Shown piece by piece: positions 9,841 through 20,109 of a DNA stretch of 64,000 bases. Source of the DNA: an uncultured delta proteobacterium (lineage in GTDB: Bacteria; Bdellovibrionota; FAC87; UBA2466); the NCBI GenBank assembly GCA_963778115.1, contig CAVZSV010000004.1:2560001-2624000 (forward strand), given 5' to 3'. Both the position numbers and the translations under genes were made by a program. How positions within the stretch are numbered: position 1 is the first letter of the stretch; every line of letters starts with the position of its first letter. Below the pieces are notes generated by a model that searched no databases, was not told the origin of the DNA, and saw nothing but the letters and a program-made list of their open reading frames with translations.

Positions 9841-9903
9841 TGGCATGGCCTTACGACCGAGGGATTTTAAGTCCCTTGCGTCTACCAATTCCGCCACGCG
9901 AGC
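9820..9903 (-). tRNA. tRNA-Leu, anticodon TAA (CCA not encoded)
   Basis: Reverse complement GCTCGCGTGGCGGAATTGGTAGACGCAAGGGACTTAAAATCCCTCGGTCGTAAGGCCATGCCAGTTCGATTCTGGCCGCGAGCA folds as a cloverleaf with a long variable arm. Confidence 0.97.
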
Positions 9904-10123
9904 TTAGAGACGATTATCTGCCTACATCGGGACTTAAGTAGCCAGAATCGTGCTAACAAGCCGCCTAAGATACACCGGCCTCAGGCCCGGGAAAACCAAT
10001 TTCTGGCGCCTCTCCACTAACGGGTTACTGCGGGCCGGCTTGCTGTAAAGTTGTTTAAATTTAATATCTTAAAAGTTAAAGCCCATCCAAAAGCAGTTTA
10101 GTTTATTGCGTTGCGTTATAGAT

Positions 10124-11035
10124 TCAGGACACCGAACTCTTTCGATTCACGCTAAGAGAGACACCCGCAATCACGATTAGTCCGCCTGCAATTTGAAGAA
10201 GCACTACACGCTCGCTCAGTACGAGCATGGAAAATACGACTCCAAACACCGGTACCAGATTCAACAGGCTAACGGCCGAACCGGAATCCAACCGACGAAG
10301 CCCGTAGGTATAGAGCAAGAGTGCCACCACGGAACAGAAAATTCCTAGATAGAGAATGCTCAATTCAGCTGAAAGTGTCACTTGGGACCATTGCCAGTGA
10401 CTCGACTCAAGCAAAGTAAAAGGATACAGGGTGACAGTCCCCACCAAAGTCTGGATGAAGTTGGTGGTCATTAATGGATATTTGGCTACCACCGTACGGG
10501 TAACAAAGTTATAAAACGCCCAGCTGATCCCCGTAAGCAAAAATAGGATATCTCCAATAAACCGGCGATAGCCGAAAACCTCCATGTCGGCTCCCACGAT
10601 GAGGCAGACTCCAACGATAGCTAAGAGCGCTCCCGATAATCGGAGCCAAGAAAGTCGCAAACGAAAGATTACGGCCTCTAGAAGCATCGTGATGACTGGA
10701 AAAGAGGCCACCAGAAGCGCTCCATCGGCGGCGGAAGCGAGATTGAGCCCCATGTTTTCTAGGGTGAAGTAAATACTAATGCCCAGTAGGCCCCCAGCCG
10801 CCAAACGCCAAAGATCTTTCACAGGAGGGAGGACAAACTCTTTCCTCAGTAAAACGATTAGACCCAGAAGCAACGTTGCCAATGTCAGACGAATGGCTCC
10901 TAAGGTAATCGGGGGAAAAGAACCCAGCGCGATTTTAGTCGCCACGAACGAGGTGCTCCAAAAGAGTGCGGCTCCTAATATTGCGAAGAGGGCTTGAGCC
11001 CAACTGGGATGCTTCATCTTAGGGGAAGGCATACC
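10124..11035 (-). CDS. DMT/EamA family transporter (start uncertain)
   Basis: About 10 TM segments in two EamA halves; FWSTSFVATK, PPITL..IRL and LVPVFGVVFS..VLSE motifs. Confidence 0.9.
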   Translation of the reverse strand, partial: GMPSPKMKHPSWAQALFAILGAALFWSTSFVATKIALGSFPPITLGAIRLTLATLLLGLIVLLRKEFVLPPVKDLWRLAAGGLLGISIYFTLENMGLNLASAADGALLVASFPVITMLLEAVIFRLRLSWLRLSGALLAIVGVCLIVGADMEVFGYRRFIGDILFLLTGISWAFYNFVTRTVVAKYPLMTTNFIQTLVGTVTLYPFTLLESSHWQWSQVTLSAELSILYLGIFCSVVALLLYTYGLRRLDSGSAVSLLNLVPVFGVVFSMLVLSERVVLLQIAGGLIVIAGVSLSVNRKSSVS

Positions 11036-11143
11036 ATAGCAGCGCTTTAGTTTTCGCCACAAATCGCTGATGTAACGCGTGGTATCATCTTACGGGTAAG
11101 CTCGTGAAAAGAGTTCTTGGTATAATGCCTGTGGAGGAAAACG

Positions 11144-12255
11144 ATGGCTCATCGACTTCTGTGTTTCATCTGCTTGGTTTTGTCAGCCTCTTTATTCGCG
11201 GGCCCTTTAGGTTCACACCAGAACCGGGAGGACGTAGACGAAAACGGAGTTTTCACACGATGTGCCATCGATGTGGGATCGGGAACGACAAGAATCAAAG
11301 TTGCCAAAGTAAACGCAGCGGAAGAAAAAGTGGTTGAAATTCTATTTCAAGACGAAAGAAAAGTTCCGTATCAGGCAAGCATTAACAGCCAGGGGCTACT
11401 TCCCAGTGACATTCTTAAGAAAGGCGCTATTGCCATTCACTTGCTTCTGGAAAGAGCGCAGGAAAAGGTCACCGGACCTAGAGAACTTGCTTCTTCCGCT
11501 GCTTTGAAGTGTAGAGCCATTGCGGGAGCTCCTTTCGAAGATATTCAAAATGCCCGTCAGGCCATCAATTATCTTTCAGAACACTCTGGAGTTCAGATTA
11601 CGGTCATTAGCCAAGAAGAGCAGGCAAAGATGGGACTCTTAGCAGCCTTGGCAGTGGCACCAGCACGATTTCAAAAACCAATCTCTCCCTTGGACATGGC
11701 CGTGTGGGATATTGGGGGGGCGACTATGGATCTACCCTTCTGCGACCCGGAGTTCCTACGGGGAGCAACGACCGTTTTATTATTCATACGAGTCATCTAG
11801 GCTCTGAGCTTTTAAAACAATATATTATTGAACACATTCAAAAGAAGCCAGCGGGGACTAAGAGCCCCAATCCCATTACACAATCGGATTTAACGTCTGC
11901 CATGCAATACATTCGATCTCAGGTTGCCGAAATTACTCCCGACATTCGTTCCCGATTACAAGCTCCGGGAGTTCAGGTTTTGGGAATTGGTCCGGTTCAC
12001 AGTAAAAGTTTGTTAGGTCAGACCAATACCTTCGAAGCAACGCCTCTAACGCAAGAACGGTTGCGCGCGACACTTCAAGAACGTATTGGGTGGACAGATC
12101 AAAAAATTGGCGGAGCCTATGCGGATACCCAGATATCAAATCTGATTCTGGTCCTTGGTTTCATGGAACAACTGCACATTCCTGAAGTCACCACCTTGAG
12201 TATAGATCTCAACGATGGACTTTTAGTTAGTCCTCGTTTTTGGGCTAAAGGATAA
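11144..12255 (+). pseudogene. Ppx/GppA (ASKHA) phosphatase family protein with signal peptide, split by a -1 frameshift near 11734
   Basis: AIDVGSGTT, ISQEEQA and WDIGGAT motifs in ORF 11144-11800; the C-terminal half (LGSE, LGIG, LNDGL) is in overlapping ORF 11704-12255. Confidence 0.75.
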
Positions 12256-12321
12256 TCGTCCCTCTGGTTGACTATTGTTTCCCAGCCCGCTATCGCCATT
12301 ACGAGGGCGGAAGGTCGGCAC

Positions 12322-13881
12322 ATGCGTCTCCAATGGGTTACTATAAGTATCGTAACGGCCCTTGCATTTAGGGGAGGTGCCATACCACCCGCCTTCTCGG
12401 AAACGTTCGAAAGTTGTAAATCTCTTCCCCACGAAACACCGGCTGCCGCCCAAGAAAGACTCACCACTCAAATATTAGTCGACGTTCTTAAGTACGCTCG
12501 CGAACACGCCCATCCCGTTACCGGCTTCGTGCTCGATACGGTGAATAATTACGATTCAACCCCTCACGAACCCCATTTAAGAGCCAGCATTTCATCGACA
12601 GGATTTATGATGGCGCTGGTCTCCAATCTCTATTTGAAGGGAATAGTCGTCGATAAGCAGGAAGCGATTGCCTATTGCAGGCGACCCATCAAAGCGATCC
12701 TCGATAGAGAGGCTCAAGACGCCATTCAAGCGAAGAAGCGACGACAAACGGGAAGCTCCGATCCTCAGACCGACATCAGTTACCGGGGATGGTGGTCCCA
12801 TTTTATAGAGTGGTCGACCGGCACTCGTTGGGAAAATAGTGAGTACGCACTGACCGACAGCACTTGGATGTTAGCCGGAATGTTAGTCTGTGCCGCTACT
12901 TTTCCCGATACGGATCTGCCGCAACTCGTAAATTCCGTCTATTCCCAAGTCAATTACAATGACATGAGAACCGACGGCGGTACTAAACCTAGTAAACTAA
13001 CGCTCTCTTTGGCGTACACTCCTGAGCCCTCTGTCATTCCCCAAGGGAAGACCGCAGACGACTACGGTTACTCTCCCTTTCAGTGGGAAATTTATCAACA
13101 TAGCTGGCTCGTCTATCTACTGGGAATCGGAAGCCCGAATTTGGATTATCGTTTACCAAAAGAATCCTGGTCGGCATGGAAACGGACAGGAGCGGTTATG
13201 ACCGTGTCTGATTCCAGGTTGGAAGGGAAATTTCTCTATGGTGCGCAACGAGCACTTTTCAGCCATTTTTTTCCAGCGGTGTTCATGCCCCCACAAGAGA
13301 TCAAAGAGGCTTGTCACATCGATTACTTTGAAAACTCTAGATTGGCGACGCGATTCAATCGAGCCAGCGCCCTTAGTGACACGACTTCCGAAACTTTCCG
13401 ACACGGGTTCTGGGGATTGGACGCTGGCCCCAATCCTAATAGCAAAGTTCTCTCTTTGGTCGCTCCCGGAACCCTGAACGTAGGTTCGCTTCAAAGTGAA
13501 ATTTACGGTGTGAATACTCCGTACAAACGAAACGGGAATGCTTGTTTAGCATGTGCGGTTGCGGCAGCGATGTTTGAGCCAGAGCTGGTTTTGCGCTCGC
13601 TTCAACAATGGTGCGATGACCCGATTTACGGGAGTAAGATTTGGGGAAAGTACGGGCCTGCTAATGGTATCGATCTGGACTACGGATGGATTTCCCCTCA
13701 CGCGCTATCAGGAATTGTTGGCCCTATGGCCTTGTCCGTCGCGAATTTAGATTCCCAGACATCCATCTGGAAACAGTTCGCCTCGAACGCTTCGGTGAAG
13801 TTCGCGTTAGCGCAATTAGCAAGTGCCCCTCTTCCGACGGCTGTGGCGGGACAAGATCGCTGTCACCTGTCGGAGAAATAA
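12322..13881 (+). CDS. glycoamylase-like (PF10091/GH144-related) glycoside hydrolase, secreted
   Basis: SISSTGF, GWWSHF, E..TDS..MLAG, YLLGIGSP, ALFSH, WGL.AG and WGKYG motifs resemble the beta-1,2-glucanase-like family. Confidence 0.7.
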   Translation: MRLQWVTISIVTALAFRGGAIPPAFSETFESCKSLPHETPAAAQERLTTQILVDVLKYAREHAHPVTGFVLDTVNNYDSTPHEPHLRASISSTGFMMALVSNLYLKGIVVDKQEAIAYCRRPIKAILDREAQDAIQAKKRRQTGSSDPQTDISYRGWWSHFIEWSTGTRWENSEYALTDSTWMLAGMLVCAATFPDTDLPQLVNSVYSQVNYNDMRTDGGTKPSKLTLSLAYTPEPSVIPQGKTADDYGYSPFQWEIYQHSWLVYLLGIGSPNLDYRLPKESWSAWKRTGAVMTVSDSRLEGKFLYGAQRALFSHFFPAVFMPPQEIKEACHIDYFENSRLATRFNRASALSDTTSETFRHGFWGLDAGPNPNSKVLSLVAPGTLNVGSLQSEIYGVNTPYKRNGNACLACAVAAAMFEPELVLRSLQQWCDDPIYGSKIWGKYGPANGIDLDYGWISPHALSGIVGPMALSVANLDSQTSIWKQFASNASVKFALAQLASAPLPTAVAGQDRCHLSEK

Positions 13882-13936
13882 GGGGCCCCTCATGCTGTCA
13901 TTGCAGGCACCCCAAGGCCGGCGTGGCAACCGTAAA

Positions 13937-14897
13937 TCAATGGGCTGAACGATCCTTTTTCGGTTGGCCCATTGAAACCGGCTGAACCGGTTCGGCGCCG
14001 CTCAGGGCAACGTTGCCTTCGAAACTATCTAAATCGAGGTGATACTTTCCGTTGGCTCTAAGGAAAATTTCTCTGGATTGAGTGACTTCATTTCCCTGGC
14101 CGTCTTTATATTCAATGCGAAAAGTACAGGGATATTGCTTTCCCGCCTTCATTGGCTTTGTCACAAACTTGCGGACTTCGCCCTTAGTACTGACCAATTT
14201 GTCGTTCACGTAAATGCGAGCTTCGTTGGGGACGTCGAATCTGAATGGCTCCGGGACCATCCTCAGGAGACTTTGCCGGTGTGGGTATCGGCGGGGTCGG
14301 AGTTGAAGGAACTGGCTTTGGAGCGGAAGGGGCTTGGGCGACTTGATAACTAAAATCGCGCGCCGAAATCATTACCTCCTCACCCGTCCAGATACTTACC
14401 GTTTTGGTTCCGGTAGCAATCGCGTTGTCCTTGGTGGGGTACTTAAGCACGAAAGACATGTCGTATTCCCCGTACGGAAGGGGAGCTGTCACAAATTTCC
14501 TATACTTCGGAGCGGGCCCTTTGATCGAAACATCTTTTCCCACAGCGATTAGCGTAGCGCCCGTGGGAACATCGCTGAGATAGATGGTTAAGCGGGCCTT
14601 GGGAGGCGGGGCGTTCGTTCCGCTACAGCTATCATCGGTGGTAAAGAAAGTACCCGATCCGCAGTCAGACGACGAGACCATCGTGCGCGTGTTTCCTGAG
14701 GAACCGCAAGAATCAGAAGCATCACTCCAGCCGCTAGGCCCGGGGGCGTTCCGGGCAGGACCAAAAAAACGGCCTCCAAAAAATCCGCCGCCTCCACCAC
14801 CGCCTCCTCCGCACTCGGCAAGGGCAGTGCCGGAAAAAACGGCAAAGGAACCAAGGACGAACACCGACTTCATTAGATGACTTTTGGGGCTAGCCAC
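13937..14897 (-). pseudogene. secreted protein with two TIGR03000-like (planctomycete) domains, split by a +1 frameshift near 14240
   Basis: VPNEARIYVND...GEVRKFVTKPMKAGKQY...TQSREIFLRANG, and an earlier copy VPTGATL...RKFVTAPLPYGEY; removing one base gives GPGAIQFDVPNEAR. Confidence 0.7.
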
Positions 14898-15100
14898 GGA
14901 AGGCCTCCTTAGGCATTAGGGTCTTTTCTGACGATTCTTTCGATTAGTCCCTACCTAAGATTCCAGTCAACCATTCAAGGTTGAGGAAAGGCCCGAAATT
15001 CACAGAAGATAATGAAAATCAAAAAAGCTTCTCTCCTCAATGAATGATTTCAAGGGCTTGTCTCTCTATTGTCATTTTAGGATTCACAGCAGTGAATAAA

Positions 15101-15137
15101 AGTCCCCGTTTTTGATTGATTATAGTCCCCGTTTTTT
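15101..15137. repeat. direct repeat AGTCCCCGTTTTT x2 (23-bp period), candidate operator
   Basis: Copies at 15101 and 15124 in the divergent intergenic region upstream of the TIGR02147 gene. Confidence 0.6.
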
Positions 15138-15181
15138 GGTAACAAGGCGCCTACGCAAAAGATCAAAGTTGGTATTTCGCT

Positions 15182-16012
15182 ATGGTGGCACCTGCGGAAA
15201 TTCTAAGTTGTTCCGATACCAAAGATGCTCTAAGGACGATGCTGCGTCGGCTGAAGCTATCGGGAAAACGTGGCCTTAAAGATCTAGCTGAAATGGCGGG
15301 ACTCAGATCTCCGGCTTCGATGAGCATGATTTTGAGAGGGCAGCGCCGCCTGTCGATCGAATCCGCGGGACGTCTTGCGCAATCGCTTCATCTAGATCGA
15401 AGAACTTCTCGTTACCTCACTTTACTGACCAAGAAAGATCTCCTCGAACGTCCCAATGAAAAGCTCGAAGTAGAAGAGCAGCTTCTTTACCTAAGAAGTC
15501 GTAGTGAATCGCATGCGCTGGAACTGAGCCAGTATCGTTTTCTTTCGATATGGTATTACCCGGCGATCTACGCGATGGCGGCTACTGGCCGGTTAGCGTG
15601 TGACGCGCAGAAAATTAGCCAAAAACTAGGTAGGGGAGTCACTCCGGCGAACGTGAAGTCGGGAATTGGCGATCTTATTAATCTGGGGCTTCTGAAGCTC
15701 GAGGGAAATACGCTGATTCAAACTCACGGGGCTATCAAAACGAGTGATAGGAACCGAAGTCTAGCGGTACGACGCTACCATCAAGAGATGATTAGGCTTG
15801 CTTCGGAATCGGTAGCGCTTCCCTCTGAAAAAAGAGAGTTAAGTGGGCTTACCGTCCTCGTTCCTTCTGAAAAATTGGCTCATATTAAGAAACGAATTTG
15901 CGAGTTTCGCGACGAACTGAACGAGCTTTTAACAGGCGCTACCGAGGGCGAAGTCCACCAGATTAATATCCAACTCTTTCCTCTGACCGAAGATAGGGAG
16001 AATAACCAATGA
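15182..16012 (+). CDS. TIGR02147/DUF4423 family HTH protein
   Basis: N-terminal HTH (LAEMAGLRSPASMSMILRGQRRL), WYYPAI, RRYHQEMI, RELSGLT and the C-terminal HQINIQLFPLT. Confidence 0.88.
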   Translation: MVAPAEILSCSDTKDALRTMLRRLKLSGKRGLKDLAEMAGLRSPASMSMILRGQRRLSIESAGRLAQSLHLDRRTSRYLTLLTKKDLLERPNEKLEVEEQLLYLRSRSESHALELSQYRFLSIWYYPAIYAMAATGRLACDAQKISQKLGRGVTPANVKSGIGDLINLGLLKLEGNTLIQTHGAIKTSDRNRSLAVRRYHQEMIRLASESVALPSEKRELSGLTVLVPSEKLAHIKKRICEFRDELNELLTGATEGEVHQINIQLFPLTEDRENNQ

Positions 16013-17913
16013 AAAACATATTATTCGGCCTCTTTTTGTCTCTTCTTATCTTTGCGACAGCAGCATGTTCTAATCACGGTGCGGTGAACAGTTCGGGGGG
16101 AGGCGTCAGTGTCGGCAATGGCGCTAAGCCAAGTGGGGAATATAGCTATACGACCTACTATTCACCGAAATACGAATTCGGGTTCAAATATGCTTCTATC
16201 CTATCCGTGACCCGAGTCTCTGAAGAGAAGGTCCGGATCGATAATCGAAATTTCGTTGATAAGGGCACTCCAGTTTCCGAACTAGAGATCGATATCGTCG
16301 ATTTGACCAAGCCAAAAAAACATATCAAGAATCTAAAAGAGCTTTTGATTTATGCACAGGAAACTCACCGGTCGGAGGGGTTGGAATTTGCCCCTGTCGA
16401 AAGCCCGGTTCCGGGGGCGGAGGGTGTCGTTGCCAGTAGGTATGGAGCTAATCTCTCTCCGGGCATTCACCAGATTTATTACTTTTTGACTACGAATCAT
16501 ACTTTAGTTCGACTGAACCTCGAAGCTCCTAGCTCTAGCCCTGGGTGGGAAGAGGTGGTGAAAGTAGTAAAAAGTTTTACTTACGATGGGACGCCTCCCA
16601 CAGTGACCCATTTGAAGATCGGAAGTCGACTGCACCTTCCAGGGGGAAGCATCACTCTTGAGATTAGGGCGAAAGATGACTTCTCTGGACTCGTTGGCGG
16701 TAAAGTCAAAGGGCTGTGGTTTGGTAAGTTTAAGAATTCTACTGGTATGATCTCCGCGGAGATTCCAATCACGAAAAAGAATTATAGCGTGAAAAAGGGT
16801 CTCCTTACTGTCGACTTCCCTATTCCTGAATGGGTTTGTCAGGGGTTTTATTTTTTGGGAAATTTTACGGTAGAAGACGCCGCTGGAAACGGAGATGTTC
16901 TTAGTCCTACTTTTCCCGGCGATAACGTTAGCAAATGGGATATCTTAAATCGAGTGCCATACTACACTTTGCCCAAGGCCTATCACTCTGACGAGACCTA
17001 TCGACTCTGGGCTCCCACGGTGAGTGTCATAAACTGGGGTGAGGAAGATAGGTTTCCTCCGGTGGTAAGCCAACTGAAACCGGAGAACGATCACATTACG
17101 GTTCCTACCAATGGCGACGACGGAACTCTCACCGTTATTCTTGAAGCCAAGGACGATGTTTCTGGGGTTATTGGCGGAGAAGTTACGATCACGATGCATC
17201 CGTTAGAGGAAAAATATAAAGATTTCTATATTCCGATGACTAAGGTTGTGCGAAAGAGCGATCAGACTGGAAAGGACACTTATAAAGTCTCTTTCAGGTT
17301 CTCCCCAAATGTTCCCGCGGGACGATATACGACTGAGATGATAACCGTTATCGATCGTGCTTCGTACTTTCCCGATTTAATGCAAAAGGTACTTTACATC
17401 TTATTGTTCGAAAAGAACCCGGAACTGAACGGTAAGTTCCGGTTTGAAGTAGATATCGATAATGCCAATCCGGTCGACGTTTCTCCTCCTGAGATAAAGA
17501 ACATTTGGTTTACCGATGAAAAGGTTTCGGTGGGGAGTATGACCACGCTGAATGTCCGGTTTAACGATCTTAGTGGGCTAGAACAGGGCCATCTTTCGGC
17601 AACCTTTTACCCCCGTGAACAGGAAAAAGACTATGCTGGAAGAATTGCGGTTGATCTCGATCTGGCGGCTCACCATCTGGTGGAAGATGATTTGCTTCGA
17701 GTTCCTCTCACGATTCCCCCCTTCCTTAAAAAGGGAAATTACGTTCTTGAACACTTCGAACTTACCGATAGAACGCACAATGGTATTTCTCTCCACGGTA
17801 GAGGCGAAGATAAGAAGGTCCTTCTGGAGCGACTCGCCACGTGGAAAGCAAAAGATGGGTATCAGACTTACCAAAATTCGATTGCTCCATTGGAAATAGA
17901 AGTAGTTCCCTAG
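16009..17913 (+). CDS. large lipoprotein with three Ig-like repeats
   Basis: Lipobox TAAC followed by GGGVSVGNG; three D..PP.(V/I) ... D.SG ... D(AAGN/RAS/RTHN) repeats; ATGA overlap with the upstream gene. Confidence 0.7.
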   Translation: MKNILFGLFLSLLIFATAACSNHGAVNSSGGGVSVGNGAKPSGEYSYTTYYSPKYEFGFKYASILSVTRVSEEKVRIDNRNFVDKGTPVSELEIDIVDLTKPKKHIKNLKELLIYAQETHRSEGLEFAPVESPVPGAEGVVASRYGANLSPGIHQIYYFLTTNHTLVRLNLEAPSSSPGWEEVVKVVKSFTYDGTPPTVTHLKIGSRLHLPGGSITLEIRAKDDFSGLVGGKVKGLWFGKFKNSTGMISAEIPITKKNYSVKKGLLTVDFPIPEWVCQGFYFLGNFTVEDAAGNGDVLSPTFPGDNVSKWDILNRVPYYTLPKAYHSDETYRLWAPTVSVINWGEEDRFPPVVSQLKPENDHITVPTNGDDGTLTVILEAKDDVSGVIGGEVTITMHPLEEKYKDFYIPMTKVVRKSDQTGKDTYKVSFRFSPNVPAGRYTTEMITVIDRASYFPDLMQKVLYILLFEKNPELNGKFRFEVDIDNANPVDVSPPEIKNIWFTDEKVSVGSMTTLNVRFNDLSGLEQGHLSATFYPREQEKDYAGRIAVDLDLAAHHLVEDDLLRVPLTIPPFLKKGNYVLEHFELTDRTHNGISLHGRGEDKKVLLERLATWKAKDGYQTYQNSIAPLEIEVVP

Positions 17914-18011
17914 CTTGATTTCACAGGTGTGAAATCAGGGGCAATTTTCTGGACCACATTCAAGCCCCGATTGGTAAACACTCCCTAGCTCAAAGAACTA
18001 TGGAGGTGAAT

Positions 18012-18500
18012 ATGAGAGCGAATTTTTGGAGCGGAAGTTGTGTTGTAGGAGCCATGTTAGTTTGTCTCGCAGCCGGATGCGGCAGGGGCAGTAACGACAT
18101 CGATAAAGCAAAGCTTGTGGGAACTTGGGAGCGTACTAGCCTTAGCGGCGAGTACGAGGGCAAACAGGTTCCGGTTCGAGACAGCGACTACGGTCCTATT
18201 GTTTTTCGGATTACCGATTCCACCATCAAACGCGTCAAGTTCGAAGGGGTTTCGCTCGATGGCATCTGCTTTACGGAACAGGCCTATACGCTACAGGGGA
18301 ATGAAATCCACGCTCAACAGACGCAATCGAGTGATCAAGTATGCCAGGAATTTACTTTCGTGGTCTCAGACCTTTCGGATACGACGGCGACCATTCGAGC
18401 TCCTCAAGGCGGAGGAAATCTAGTGATGGGGTTTAGTAAAATTGATGAATCTCGAATTCGGGCTTTAGGCAAAAAGTGGAAAGCTAGATCGATAAAATAG
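18012..18500 (+). CDS. lipocalin-like lipoprotein
   Basis: Lipobox AAGC; LVGTW motif; RBS GGAGG. Confidence 0.65.
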   Translation: MRANFWSGSCVVGAMLVCLAAGCGRGSNDIDKAKLVGTWERTSLSGEYEGKQVPVRDSDYGPIVFRITDSTIKRVKFEGVSLDGICFTEQAYTLQGNEIHAQQTQSSDQVCQEFTFVVSDLSDTTATIRAPQGGGNLVMGFSKIDESRIRALGKKWKARSIK

Positions 18501-18545
18501 GGGCTTTGCAGCTGTCAGCGGAAATGTTCTTTGCTGTTGTTTCGC

Positions 18546-19247
18546 TTAGAAACTATTCATCCTGTTGACTCGAGTAGCACAATTACCCTGCCAGTACTGA
18601 GTTCGGGCGCGATTTTCAGCGATAAACGTAGCGATGCTTCCGGTTGCGGGAATAGGCGGTAGATTGGCTTGAGTGCCTCGAAAGATTTGGTTGAGCACCG
18701 TTACACTGTTGTACCCTCTACCGTCGGGTATGAGTTGATAGACACCTAAAAGCTTAAGATTTTCTATGTTGTGAAGGATGGTAGCGAGTTCTTTGGCGGA
18801 AACTTTAATATCGATGGAAAAGGTCGGCATTACTTCACTTTCGATTCCGGCCTCCGCCCACTTCTCGTCGTCGAGAAACAATCCGCGAACCGCGTTAAAC
18901 CTTCCCGCGGAATTTTTCCTCGCTAGGAAGTCCAGAGTGTCGCTTAGTGATATCTCAGGACGATGCATGGGTTGCCACCCCAAGATGGTAGACCCCTTCC
19001 ACGAATCAGAGGGAATTTCGATGGCAAGATGGCCGGTGAGTTCTAACATCTTTAGCGATTCATCGTGATCGTGCCATTGCTGTTCATACTCATCGCGATC
19101 TTGGGGGCTTAAATCAAAAAATTTAGAGCGAAAAAGAACTCTAACAGGGGCTGTCACGCAAATATTTGTCGCAAAAATGCAGAGAACAGCGACAAATAGG
19201 ATAGCGGTTTTTCGTGACATCGCGGGAAGATATTTCATAGTCTTCAT
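18546..19247 (-). CDS. hypothetical secreted protein
   Basis: 233-aa ORF with a signal-like N-terminus. Confidence 0.5.
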   Translation of the reverse strand: MKTMKYLPAMSRKTAILFVAVLCIFATNICVTAPVRVLFRSKFFDLSPQDRDEYEQQWHDHDESLKMLELTGHLAIEIPSDSWKGSTILGWQPMHRPEISLSDTLDFLARKNSAGRFNAVRGLFLDDEKWAEAGIESEVMPTFSIDIKVSAKELATILHNIENLKLLGVYQLIPDGRGYNSVTVLNQIFRGTQANLPPIPATGSIATFIAENRARTQYWQGNCATRVNRMNSF

Positions 19248-19319
19248 TTTGAAACAAGCAAAATTTCTCCGATCAGGGGTACATTGAAATCAGCCCCTCC
19301 TTACGGTAAGAGTGGCTTG

Positions 19320-19784
19320 ATGAATGGGGCACAGGCACATCTTCTTTTGAACCATCTCCCAGTGATTATCCCTTTGGTTTCGGCTGGGATTATGGGGGTT
19401 GGTTTGGTCCTTAAATCGGCGACCCTTCAGAAAGTTGCTTTAAGTGTGTGGATAGCCGCTTCCTTAAGTGCCGTTCCCGCGTATCTCACAGGCGAGCCTG
19501 CGGAAAGTGTCGTTAAGAATTATCCCGTCGCTGACCGAAAGTTGATCCACCAACACGAAAGTGCGGCTAAAAAGGCTTTGATAGCGATAGAAGTTGCGGG
19601 AGTTGCAGCCATTGGGATTCTTTATTGGCTTTGCCGATCGCGAAAAGTTCCCCCTGTCGCCTGGGGATTACTGTGTTTTCTGTGTCTTGTGTCGCTTGGC
19701 CTTATGATGCAAGCGGCTCACCGAGGCGGGCTTATCTCGCATGAAGAGATCCGCTCTCACGAATTTGGGGTTCCTGGGTCCTAG
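19320..19784 (+). CDS. DUF2231-like four-TM membrane protein with conserved His
   Basis: HLLLNHLP, AYLTGE.AE, HQHESAA and AAHRGGLISH pattern. Confidence 0.7.
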   Translation: MNGAQAHLLLNHLPVIIPLVSAGIMGVGLVLKSATLQKVALSVWIAASLSAVPAYLTGEPAESVVKNYPVADRKLIHQHESAAKKALIAIEVAGVAAIGILYWLCRSRKVPPVAWGLLCFLCLVSLGLMMQAAHRGGLISHEEIRSHEFGVPGS

Positions 19785-20109
19785 GGAATCTTTTTTTTTC
19801 TTCTCAATCGATAATTAAAATTTAATTTTTTGCTGGTCAGCTCCGTGTAACTAACCTCGAGATTAACGTAGTGGTATCAATTTAGGTTTCCTTACTCTGA
19901 AAAAAATTCCACTGGTATCCCAATGTCCCCTGACCTTAGCCTCAACTCCCTTGGCATAGATCGTGAAATGTAACTAACTGGGGACCGCTCTCCGCCTAGA
20001 AATTTTATTGTAAGATGGGAACTCCAATCGCACCATGAGTCAGTACCATCTCGGTTTTACCATTGCTCTCGAATGGGTCGGGGGCGCAAAAGTCCATAAG
20101 GAGGACCTC

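Noticed and set aside
9975..10010. SRP RNA-like TCAGGCCCGGGAA
   Set aside because: No following GCAG motif and no long hairpin
19952..19967. sigma54 motif upstream of the His-rich gene (TGGCAT-AGATC-GTGAA)
   Set aside because: Lacks the conserved -12 GC; the nearby TGTAACTAAC duplicate (19846, 19969) is also too weak to call
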